From contig BDGG01000012.1 of the NCBI GenBank assembly GCA_001949185.1, positions 798,973 through 862,972 on the forward strand: a stretch of DNA of 64,000 bases. Direction: 5' to 3'. Shown here piece after piece: positions 51,731-64,000 of this stretch; position 1 is the first letter of the stretch, and each line of letters opens with the position of its first letter. The notes beneath the pieces were generated by a model. That model did not search any database and was not told the DNA's origin. It saw only the letters and a program-made list of their open reading frames with translations. A program made the position numbers and the translations under genes. This stretch comes from Ramazzottius varieornatus. Taxonomy: Eukaryota; Animalia; Tardigrada.

Positions 51731-53444
51731 GACTGAAGGAAAATTAGGATATTTTTCGTGAAAACTTTCGGATCCATCCCGGAAACTGCATCTGCTGAGT
51801 AAACTGGGCATCGCAGTGGCACCGCGGATGTCACTATGCGAGTATTATGCAAAACTTTGGTCGCCTGTTTGGCGACAATATTGCGCGTAGTTCGGCACTG
51901 GGAAACTGGGAGCCTCGTAGGTCGTTAAAGGAGTTCACAGCAGGGTTTCGTGTTGATAAAATGTCAAGAAAAGAATAATGAATGATGACTGCTATCGTAG
52001 GGCCATAAGTCTACTTAGGAAAATTTACGACATAGAATGAGTGCAGCAGGGCGCAAGGCCTTGTTACAATCCGGCAAACCAGTTTGATTGAGCTGTATCC
52101 GGTTGGCAGTCGCGCTCTTTTCATCTCCAACAGCAGCCCCATAAACACGTCAGAGTACGCTTCAGCTTTGTCAGACTCCTTTTTCTGAAGTACCCAGAAA
52201 CCTGACGGATCGGGTTTCCAGTTGAAGAGCAGTGATATCGCAGTTTCAGAACGATGAGAAGAGAGCGATGAATGATGAGACTGTTGTTTGTTGAGGCAGG
52301 CTGAAGTGCTTGCTTTGCTTGCTGATAAACTTGGACTGTAGTCAATTTGATTCTTTAGAGACTTCACCGTAGATATCCGAGAGATGTGCAGCGCAGCGTA
52401 CGGAAACGCTCTATATTCACTCCGGATCCCTGCGATTAGGCTGGTCGACAGAAGCGAGGTAGCTAGAAGACTCTCACGTACCCGGTCGCCTCATCGGAAG
52501 AGTACGCCGAGTACAATGATGTCTGGCTTGATTGTGCACCGCCACTTCCTGCTTGGACTTGATGTTCCTTAGTATTCGTTTGGGAGCTCTCGAGAAACAG
52601 GGATGACGGAGTGGGACTTTGAGAAGGACTTTGGAAGAATGATGAATGTAGTTCAGGCAGCTCTTGGTTGTCGTTATCAATTGCATAGTGTACACAATAT
52701 AGACACAAGAAGGCGAAATTATACAATGTTTGGCGTACTTGCGTGGTACAGCTATTCATCGTCTCTCCCTCAGCTCCCTCTCAAAATCCACTTTTTCTTA
52801 CTTCCATCCCATTAATCATTTGTATACGTACATGTCGGCACATCGACGTTGGCAGCCGGCAGCTTTAATAGTTCTAGTCTGCGCGCCATATCCTGCCGTT
52901 CAATCGTGTTCCCCTTCTTCCCTGTTTTACGATCGAGCTAGGTCTCGCTAGGCGATCCTGACGTGCAAGAATAAGCGGCCCCTTACGTGCCGTCAGAATA
53001 AGCAAATCTGCCGACTCAATTATTATCATCCCCCACGTCAAACCTTTGTATACATGAAGACCATCTTAATCAGCGCTCTGTCACCTCCAATGTTTATGGC
53101 TTTCCATCCTTCTGCCACTGTTTTCTCTCAGCCGCGTGATTAGAATGCCATCAAGTCGACGATTATGACGTATAACAATTACCCATCTGAGTGCTTGCTA
53201 ATTGGTCTTTGGTGATGCTGTGCTAATATTGGTTCGTTGATCTGCTTTATATGTGTGGTGGTCTGAAGGACTTGAGAAAGAGGCGGAGGACCGGAAAGGT
53301 CATCAGCGTTGTCGAGCGGAATTTTCGTGTTAGTCCGGAGGGATTCCTCTGTCTTCAAGCCGAGAATATGTGGATGGACTAAGTTAGTTAGCAAATGTAG
53401 TTCAGAAGGAGTCCATCTGATATTTATCGGGATGGTGCATCTTT

Positions 53445-56400
53445 ATGAATCCTGCAGACAATTCAGCTCGCAAAACTCAGCTACCGCCACAGCAGCAACC
53501 GCTTCAAAAACCAACCTCTTCCAGCTTAGTCAACAAGAACGGTGTCATTATCCGCAAATCTCAATCGTTATGGTTTTGGTGCAGAAACGAAACAGGCGAA
53601 CAGTCTCGTAAGTATATACATAGTGAAACCGATGGGCGAGTAGATCAGAGTATATTATGCCGAGCGACTTTCTTAGCTTGTAAGGTCACCGACGGATTCA
53701 ATTCAGAAGGAATTATGTTGTATTTTCTTCGAAGATTTCTGCGTTAGTCTGGGAGGTCGCGAAGCTCGAAGGGTGTACAACGCGCAATAGTCCGCAAATG
53801 AGCAAACGAAGGCTGCCGACCGTTGCTGTAAAGGTTGTAATTAGAAACGTTCGATGTTGTGAATAGGCGGTTCTCCGTATCGATTTCACAATCCTTCTGT
53901 AGGGATTTTATATCAGGCTCAATTTTCCTACGGCCGAAGAACCCGTTAGGTATCCCGCTTTCTCGGCGTCCAGCATCGGTCGGGAACCTATGCCAGGAGT
54001 CCGGGGAACCCGGGTGGGAATATTGGATTTTGATTTTACAAAACTCGATAATAAATTCCGAGACTTGGGAAAGCTCAGCTTGAAATCTGTGGCGTGTAAT
54101 ACCTTTACGAAATTAGAAAACCAAAATCAGCCACTGTGTCTGGTGAGACGAGCCGAGAAGATCTGGTGCATGTTGTGTAATAACCATACCGTGAAGAACT
54201 AAGTAGCATCTGCTTTCGTTTTTGTCAGTGCAATCAACCCATTGCCATGTTTGACGAGACCGGAACCACTTTTTCCTCCGATAAAAGACTGATCGTAATG
54301 TCATGAAGCTCGACTATGTGGGACGTCGGCAAACGAATTCACCCAGGTCACTTCTCCAAGTGGCGCTCGCTCACAGCCAACTACAATGTAAACGTACGCT
54401 ACTTGATCTGGCTCCAGAGTGTTCCCGAGTAGTGCACGCTGTCAGCTAGTTACAGTGTGAACGTGCGCTGCTGGTTGAAATCATTTGCCGATATCCCATA
54501 TGAAAATTCAATAAGGGTTGTGCAACGTCAGCATGTTGCGCTTTCCAGCTGTAGTCCTTCCCGACGTTCCACTTGAACCTTGAATGCTTGAAAAGCTGGT
54601 GAAGCCACGAAGCAATGAGAAGAGCCTGATATTATTACCATTGTAGTAAATTAAATCTTGTCTGTTCACGTGGCCACTTATCCAACGAAGGGATGACAGG
54701 CCAGCTGAAAAGTGTTATTCAACGTTATTGCAGCCTGTGTAAATACCAGCAGCGGTTAAGTGTCTATCTTCTTTGGCGGCGATTTCATTTTCCTCAACTC
54801 CAACATGTATTTTGATAAAGAGGACATTACTTTGTAGAAAAGTGCAACGATTCAGCCCGTGGCAAGATTTGTCCGCCTTATTAGAAAATCAGGACACTGC
54901 GCATTAGCATGTTACATGCACGACTTCGAATTTTCATGTGCAAATAGGATGTCGGCAAATGAATTTACTCAGATCGCTACTCAGTGGCGCACGTTTCCGT
55001 TGTTACCGGGTGAGAACGTGCGCCACTTGAAAAACGATCAGGGCGAACTCATTCGGCGATGTCCTGAATATTGCGCGGTTACATAATGAGAATAGTTTTT
55101 TTCCCATGTCGTCGGAACGAAACAGCTTCATACGGGCCATCTTCGGTGTAGGAAGGGAAAGTGATGTTTAGGATGGAGAAGCCGTAGCTCCCTGGGACGA
55201 GACGGCTGATTAGATGTAGCGTACTTCCGGTCCACTGCGTTATGGTGATCTCTTAACGACCCTTAAAGGTTCCATTCGGGAGCGTTTCCATCAGCCTATT
55301 GCGTTATAATTGAGGAACCCCAAACAGCCAGCCCACGATTTCCTTTTGGTCTACTACGGTCCACAGTCCGATAGGCGAGATTGGGGCTTACAATTTCCTA
55401 GGGTTCGACGAGGTACCCTACATACAGTACTACCGGAAATAAGTTCTACATCTCTACTATAGGTCGAATGGCGTACCACGAAGGGTTCTTTGTAAGGACC
55501 AAGTTCTTTACGTCAAATGTTGATACTCAGGTATCTGTGAGTCGGTAAATTGAAAGGATAGACTGGTAAGGGGGCTGATGAATTCCACTTCGGTCGTACC
55601 ATCCGTTTATTTACTCGGAAATTACCCACTGATGAACTGGGCGACTCAGAGTATCCCGTATGCTGTTTGACTACTCGATCTTGTAACACACTGTTAAACT
55701 ACTAGGAACCACGCCTCTTGACGCATTTGTTCTGTGTCGACACAACTAATCTTCCTTCATTTTGCAGCATTAGAGAAATTTCAAGAACAATGCTTCGAAG
55801 CTCACAATCATTTCCGCACCCTGCACGGTTGCCCTCGTCTGCGCTGGTCCGAGGAGCTGGCTCGTCAGGCTCAACACTGGGCCGAACACATTGCCGAAAG
55901 TGGTGTCGTCCAATACCAAGAGCAGCCCGGTACGCCGTAAAACGCCGAATAAACGAGGATATCGGCAAGTGAATTCACCCAGATCATTTTTCCGAATGGC
56001 GCACGCTCTCAGCCAGTTTCGTTGTGAATGTGCGCTTCTTGAGACGGCTGTCTGGAGGGAATCGTTTGCCGAAGTCCCAACGCTTTCCTGAACATCGAAA
56101 GAACAGAACCTTTTTTGTCCTGCTGACACTCTATGACATTCTGAATCTTCCAGGTATCGGAGAAAATATTTGCATGCTCAACCTGAGTCGCAATGCCGAG
56201 ATTCGAGGAGATGTCGTGACGCGGATATGGTACAACGAGATACGCCAGTACGACTTTGCCGAGCCTGGTTGGAGGAAGAGTAAGCCGTAGTCTTTTCAGA
56301 CAGCTCGAATTGTTCCTTTTTCCCTGTTGGGAAGATGAAGCCCGGGGCTGGTTCATTGCTTAATCGTAAAGACCATCATCAATGTTTGCCCAAGACACAA

Positions 56401-59400
56401 TCCAAGTGATGAAGAAAAAGTAGCATCTCAAAAGTTATCAACACTTTCCGGCTCATTATCATCCAATCGGCTCGTTGATCTTAAGTATCCCTTTCCCGTT
56501 GGAGGCAATCACCATGGGTAGCGTCATGTCGTGCATATCGTTTATAACTCCAGCTGTCATATTCAATTTTACGCTTAGACGCATTCGGCGGCCCTTTGTC
56601 GGCAGGCTATTCGCAACTCCATCTAACAGACAATAGTTCGCCGAACGAGCTTCCGGGTTTTCCAGAATGGGCGTGATGTCTCCCAAGATGCTCTCCCTAG
56701 GCGTGCCTTTTAGCTGATGTCGAACACGAACAGACGCGACCACCACTCCCAGTTAACTGACTGACAGACTCCTGAAGACATTTTGGGAGGTCGGGAGACG
56801 AAACATATTTGGTCATCTCTTATGACTTATCGGTTTCTGCTCCAGTAATCGTGAGATTTTTTTCCCACTTCTCTGATTTCTAGTTCTTGATTGCATTCCA
56901 AACCACCAACAAACTCTTCTAGATTCCTTAAGGGATAAGCAAAAGTCTCACGATGGAGCTGAGGAGAGAAACTTGGGGCAGATGAGACCGGAAGAAGTGT
57001 TTACCCCCACGTTTTCCGAATTTGATTTTCCTCGAGCTCATCAACTGACGAGAGAAGTCAACTCGAATATTGAAAGCCGAAGTCTTATGTTGTGAGACCA
57101 CCGCCAAAAACTTCTTGGACTTAGCTTACTCAGCTTTTGAAAGGCGAAATTCGAAATCCCACTCGAACAAACCGCATGGTCACTGCGCCAGTTGAGCGGG
57201 GTAGGAAGGCTTCAGTTTTTTCTCCTTTCCAACTGCTTGAAAACTGATGGTGATGACGTCGGTAAGAAGTCTAAACTTTAACGTAATCTTACACGGAGCC
57301 AGACATAGATCGGTGTGTTCTTGACTTCAGAAGAGCCCGTCTTCCGCTTGAAGACCTGGGCCGATCTTCCACCTGACAATCTTACCACCCAATCTTTTCT
57401 GCTGACCTTATGACAGCTCGTCTGAGATCCCACGGTCTGAGCTCACGTTAGCGATCTTTTACGGGTTTTTGGAACCTCAGACTTGGACAAGAAAAGCGAT
57501 TTTTCTCTAAAGATGAACTTTTCAAAAAAATTTGGCGTCAGCAACATTAGTTTTCCAAAACCACAGTGACGACGGACTTGGTCACTGTAAAATTGGTATG
57601 AAAGAACAGTGTTGGGACTACGTTACGCAAAGACAACTGCAGGATAATCTTTGCCCACTTTGGGGAAGAACTTTATGAAGTTCATTGTGGGAAAATCGGA
57701 CAAGGCATAGGAAAGACTGACCGTGTCTTTATTCAAGATAATATTCAGTTTCCAAAAGGAGGAAAGACAAATCTAAACAAGGAAAAACACGTCAAAAGCT
57801 TACGGCATAGATTTTCCCTTTTTAACATCCAAAACAAAAAACACCTCATCAAGACCTTTCTGATCTTTAACAGTTGAAATAACAGAAAACCAATTACCAC
57901 GCTGAATGTCAATAGACACGCGCTGCTTAAAAAATTGTAAAGAACGATCCTCTCCAGTTATCTCAAGCATCTTATTACGAACTGTCTCAAAAAGTTCCGT
58001 TGAAGGTCCCCACGGTCCAAAGGTCTCCAGTCCGACTGGATAGAAGGAGAACTGCTGGCCGATGTGAACATACTTTGCCTTCTTCCTCTTTTCAGCTTCT
58101 TCCGCAGCTGATCCTGCTCTCCTCGACGAATCGACAACGTTCATCTGAGCCAACGTGTCGACAACTGTCACGCCCCACACTAGTCCTTTCCATTCTTCCA
58201 TGGGACTTGCGACATTCCGTCAGACCGTCGCTTGTCCGCACGGAAAATTCCCGGTGGTTCCAGGATGGCAGGCACCTGAGCGGTGGCTAACGCTCGGCGA
58301 AGGGACTCGTTCAGTGCATTGTGACGACTGCGGCGTCCGGCGCTGTACTTGCAGCTCAAGCCGTGCTGTCCGAGCTCGTCCACCATCTTTCCGCACCGAC
58401 ACACGTGAGGTCTGCATAGTTTTGCGCCTAGACGCAAGCCTATGCTTACTCGTAGCGTGTTGTCGTTCAGAAGGTTTCCGAGTGAGGAAGCCGGAAGTGC
58501 GTGGAGTCACGATCCCGAGTTTTTGTCTGAAACAGCTAAAAGACGGGCTTTAGTGTTGAGTGAAGCAGCACTTACCACTGCGTCATGGCTGTTCTTTAGA
58601 AGAGGAAGTCCTAGGCTCGCTGCTGATGACGCAACTCGGGGAGGATCAGCTGTCGTCAGGAAGGTCCACTTGGTCAAAGCGTTTCTTTGTCCAAATCGGC
58701 ACCAGGAAGGATGCTGAGCACCAGTTGTTGAACGGAGTGGATCGAAGCCAAAAAAGCTGGGAGTGCGACCTCTTCCGTACGACGGATGCCCAGTCCACCT
58801 AAACCGACTGGAAGCGTTGCTTGACGCCATGGCTTGGAAGACATCTGGACGTTGGTGATTTTCGCTAGACTCTAGCGTATCACCTCGTCGAACTCCTTCA
58901 GCACTTCTGCGAATTTCCACACCGGGGAGCACCGCAGAATGTACAGGAGTTTAGGCAGGCAGAGGCAATTCTTAAGAAGAAAGAGCGCTTGATGGGCGTG
59001 CATGAGGCAAAGTCTTTTGCTGACAACTTTCATCGGACCTGTCTTCGCTCGGACAGCTTCCAAGCCCTCTTCCATCGAGGGGGCTCCCAGCAGGCTCAGC
59101 TCACTCCTGGAAGGGAGTAGAATGCCGGGGCAAACAACGTTCACTTCCTGCTCGATGGCCACCCGATCCTGGTGCGAACCGCCAAAGGCGAACAGCTCGC
59201 ACTTGGAAGTATTGAGTTCCAAGCCCAGGTCCAGTCCTTCCGTCATAACAGTCTGTAAATCTGAAACAACACAATCAGCACCCCCTCCAATGGTACCATC
59301 GTCGAGGTATCAGACATTCAAAGGCGAAGTAAGGCCCTTGGTCAGCCTCTCGAATCTCGGTCACCAGACAAAACAACAAGGGACCTAGGGGATCCCCCTG

Positions 59401-60411
59401 CTGTACACCATTTGCTGATTCTAAGACATGCTCGCCATACACAAACTTTGACGGTCGCCTGTAAACTACCAAACGAAGGGTAGATACATTGGCATGTTGT
59501 CATGGACGTTTTGGATAAGCACATCCCGACGAATGGTGTTAAAGGCGTTCTTGAAGTTGAGCTTGAGCAAAATTTGGCTTGCGGTTCTTCCTTCTTCCAG
59601 GAAACTCCGCACAGCATGAACTGCTGCTTCTGCTCCGCCTGTCGTACCGCGTCCCACCTTCTCCGGTCTCACTCTTTGCTCCATTTCGCTCCCAATTCTT
59701 TTCCCAATGATCTTACCCGCAAGGCGACGTAGTGTGTTACCCACGGCAATGGGACGAATACCACCATCTTTCTTCTTCAGAGCTGTCAGGGAAGCGCCAT
59801 ACAGTACCTCACATACATTGTCCGGCACTTTACCATGCAACATCTGAGTCATGAGCTTCGCCAGTGCTTCCGCCAAGGCCACTGTTGCTCCATTCGAAGC
59901 GCCTGCCAACATATCCTTGATGTGCTGAGGTCGTAAGCCATCGAGACCACCAGCTGAGCCATTCGGAAAACTCTGGACTGCTGCTACCATCATAGGAAAT
60001 AACTTGATACAAGATCGTTATCACAAGTGGTGCATGTTTTCTCTGTTATAGGCTGAGGCGTGCGCCACTCTAGATGCCGATCTTGTGTGTTTCGTTGCCG
60101 GCCTCGCAAGTTTTATGAACAAAAGTTAAAGGAACTTTTCACATATAGACTGTGTTTTCGTGTCGACCATTAATATTCATCGTTTTTCAGATACGATACA
60201 TTTCGCTCAAGTGGTATGGAAGAAGACTGCCGAGATGGGTTGTGGAATGGCCAGGAGTACAAAGAAGAACGCAGATTTTGTGATACTTGTGGCCTATTAC
60301 CGCACACCGGGCAACGGCAACCTGCCAGGAGAATTTGCTCAGAACGTACCTCCTCCCAAGTATCAAGTCCGCTTCAACACGCATGACTCCATCAATGGAC
60401 TGTTAGCGTAG
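53445..60411 (+). CDS. CAP/SCP-domain protein, GAPR-1 (GLIPR2)-like, no signal peptide
   Basis: Exons 53445-53607, 55768-55929, 56154-56279 and 60191-60411 splice in frame. Motifs AHNHFRTLHG, GENI, WYNEIRQYDF, HFAQVVWK..EMGCG and YRTPGN. Confidence 0.88.
54319..54498. repeat. Palindromic element with two tandem cores inside one pair of outer arms, CAP intron 1
   Basis: TGGGACGTCGGCAAACGA..GGCGCTC-25nt-GTACGCT..AGTGCAC-25nt-GTGCGCT..TCATTTGCCGATATCCCA. Confidence 0.85.
54946..55074. repeat. Palindromic element copy, CAP intron 1
   Basis: GGATGTCGGCAAATGA..CAGTGGCGCAC-25nt-GTGCGCCACTTGAAAAACGATC. Confidence 0.88.
55956..56079. repeat. Palindromic element copy, CAP intron 2
   Basis: GGATATCGGCAAGTGA..AATGGCGCAC-25nt-GTGCGCTTCTTG..TTTGCCGAAGTCCCA. 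Confidence 0.85.
57715..59990 (-). mobile_element. Decayed, 5'-truncated CRE-clade non-LTR retrotransposon (RT, zinc knuckle, restriction-like endonuclease)
   Basis: SAGGLDGLRPQH, GGIRPIAVG, FKNAFN, GVQQGDPLGPLLF, (stop)YLDDG, CRCG..HGLSC..RH, R.DG..VPW, LETFGPWG and IQRGN, broken by several frameshifts. AATAAA near the 3' end. CATAGGAAA is duplicated at 57706-57714 and 59991-59999. Confidence 0.9.
60000..60108. repeat. Palindromic element copy abutting the retrotransposon 5' junction, CAP intron 3
   Basis: ATACAAGATCGTTATCACAAGTGGTGCAT-24nt-GTGCGCCACTC..CGATCTTGTGT. Confidence 0.85.
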
Positions 60412-61221
60412 ACCTCGAAGTCCCGGCGTTTTCTCGTGTTTTTACTCCAATAATGTCATGTGCCTTTTTCAATCGTGACCACAAACTCTAATAGCTCTCG
60501 AAGCGTCCAGGCACCCAAAACCTCCGGATTTGCGCCTAACTGCGGTGAAGACGATCTTGACGAAGACCGGCGAGCTCCAGCAGTAACCATGTACCTTGGA
60601 TTGTCGAGCCTTCTGGGGGATACTCTGTTCTCTCAAGACTGGACTGCTTTTGGCGTAAAGATACAAGCTCGACCAAAGTTAAGCTCATTTTCTGCGCCCA
60701 CTGTGGGTGGCTGTTTAGTACAGAGATACTGTAGAAGGACTTTGCAAGTTGGCATACCCTGTAGAAAATTTGTCACTGATGCGTCCTCGGGCTTTTCTCA
60801 CCCAAGAACTTTTTTCTGTCGTTGTGCTCGTTGCTGCCGGTCTTTGAGATCTGTTAACAGAATGTCCATAACCAAGGACGAGAGTTTTTAACTGGATGCA
60901 CTTTTCGATGTTGGAATCACTATACGAGAACATAAGTTCGATTTCCACAGATACACTTCCTATGAGAAAGAAGCTCAATCGAAGCAAACTGGACACAGAA
61001 CTCTGTGAACTCGGAGATTGGTCAGTACCGCCAGAATTTTGTTAGCCACTAAAAAAACACCAGCAACGCAAGAAGGAAACATGCAAAATCACCGTTCCAG
61101 TAACAACCAGGAAGACGCATTGCACCGGGCTGAGATTAGTGAACATGAAACTTATCAGACAAGGAGCGGCATTTTTGCCCGGTCCGAACTCTCATAAGGA
61201 CATGCAATCGACCTTCTGTGC

Positions 61222-62825
<1,604 letters not shown>

Positions 62826-63246
62826 CTTGATCACGAAAGCACCTGAAGACAGAAAGAACGAGCTCTTGCCTGCCTTGTCGGTCGATGGTCTTTCTATCTT
62901 AGTGAATCCGCCTCCCCTGTCTAGAAAAAAAACCGATCTTCAGACTCCCGGTTGCACTTTGAGATAAACAGATGAAAATTCAAAACCAAAACATAGGCAC
63001 AAGCGCGAATTTGCGATTCGTGAAAGCTATTCACCACTTGCTACACCCCGCCACGCCTCCCATGTTTTGCAAATTGCGCAACGAGAAACACCAGAAGGAT
63101 GGTTATGAATTTTGATATCAGTATTCTGAACGAGGGTGACTGTTCTGCCATATCTCGCCTCATTAACCGCAGTAGCGATTGTTGCATATTCTGGATACTC
63201 TGTTGACTGATAGTATGCGGTTGCGTGATTAGATTACAGGTGAACA

Positions 63247-63971
63247 ATGGGAGAGTCCAACGAAAGCCAAGCGACTCCCAGGGACTTCTCCAACGGACAC
63301 CGCATTCACAGGGTCGTCCTCACCGGTGGTAAGTGTCAGAAAGGAAAGATATAACTTTTAAACGCCCTCGAATACAGTGTTTGATTGTAGAATAAAGCTC
63401 GGAAAAGTCTGCTATCCATATTCAGTGTTTATGAAAACAGTAGCAGTATACCATTGTGGCCACGAACGTGAGGACATCCCAGATCAATCAATCAAGATGA
63501 CTGTGTGACGTCACGGCAATCAAGATGACTGTGTGACGTTTCAGGCTCAGTCAGCTGTTTCAGGCGTAACAGGTGTTCCCTTGTGATACCGGGAGTCGTT
63601 CTGTGGTCTCTTCTGTGATATCCATAGCTACCTCTGTCATTGTGTTGTGGAATAGAGTTCAGGATGAGTCGAGGCTACAGCGTGAGTGCCGTGGTGATTT
63701 AGATTTCAGAGAGTGGTTTCCAATAAAGTTTATCAAAACTTTTGATTACCGCCCCGATCTCCGCCTTCATTTTGACTGATTGATTTGTCATATCCTCACG
63801 TTCGTGGCCTCAATGGTACGTGGTTCACCATTGTTGTCGTATTTCGCGACTGTTTGTTCTTGCAGGGCCATGTGCGGGGAAGACTACGGCCCAGGCAAAC
63901 CTTTCGTCCTTTTTCGAGAATCTGGGATGGAAAGTTTACCGAGTACCGGAAGCGGCCAACCTGCTACTGAG
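63247..63971 (+). CDS. Ttd14: TRPL translocation defect 14 (Ttd14)-like P-loop protein, first two exons (continues beyond the window)
   Basis: Exons 63247-63328 and 63866-63971 give [37 protein letters not shown], matching the recalled Ttd14 N-terminus. Confidence 0.85.
63489..63539 (+). repeat. Direct tandem duplication, 23-bp unit, period 28
   Basis: CAATCAAGATGACTGTGTGACGT occurs at 63489-63511 and 63517-63539. Confidence 0.85.
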
Positions 63972-64000
63972 GTACTGCGATTAGATACTTAGCATATATA

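Noticed and set aside
53826-54109. GTAAAGGT...ACCTTTAC inverted termini
   Set aside because: Only 8 bp match, which is compatible with chance.
59466-59993. 175-aa ORF as a functional RT gene
   Set aside because: Its ATG lies in the target-site duplication, and downstream RT motifs are split by frameshifts and a stop before YLDD.
6669-60108. Palindrome family as a CRISPR-like repeat-spacer array
   Set aside because: Copies are dispersed and the repeats are inverted. Spacers are homologous to one another, no cas genes are present and the context is eukaryotic.
6669-60108. Strand bias of the element relative to host transcription
   Set aside because: By eye, 10 intronic copies lie in one orientation and 6 in the other, which is not a convincing bias.

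Overview
Gene-dense eukaryotic (metazoan) DNA with very short, mostly 50-90 nt GT-AG introns. The style fits a compact invertebrate genome such as a tardigrade, but that is inference only. Spliced genes recognised from left to right: PSMD1/Rpn2 (3' end), PSMD12/Rpn5, SDHAF2, TAO kinase, MTMR3/4, glycogen phosphorylase, an LRRCC1-like coiled-coil protein, secreted EndoU, a small putative secreted protein, ALG10, RAE1, two convergent KChIP-type EF-hand genes, a GT31 galactosyltransferase-like protein with a degenerate DxD motif, a GAPR-1/CAP gene, RTCA and the 5' end of Ttd14. The last CAP intron holds a decayed, 5'-truncated CRE-clade non-LTR retrotransposon flanked by a 9-bp target-site duplication. 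The main unexplained signal is a dispersed 120-130 bp palindromic element found at 21 loci, about one per 3 kb. Sixteen are in introns and none is in a recognised coding exon. Its layout is TGGGACGTCGGCAAATGA..GATCGTTTTCCAAGTGGCGCAC-[25 nt]-GTGCGCCACTTGGAAAACGATC..TCATTTGCCGACGTCCCA. The copies are heavily diverged and the outer arms carry indels, yet the central spacer is exactly 25 nt in 18 of 21 measurable cores, and the two arms of several copies co-vary. All coordinates and counts were read by eye. Family assignments rest on recalled motifs, not database searches.
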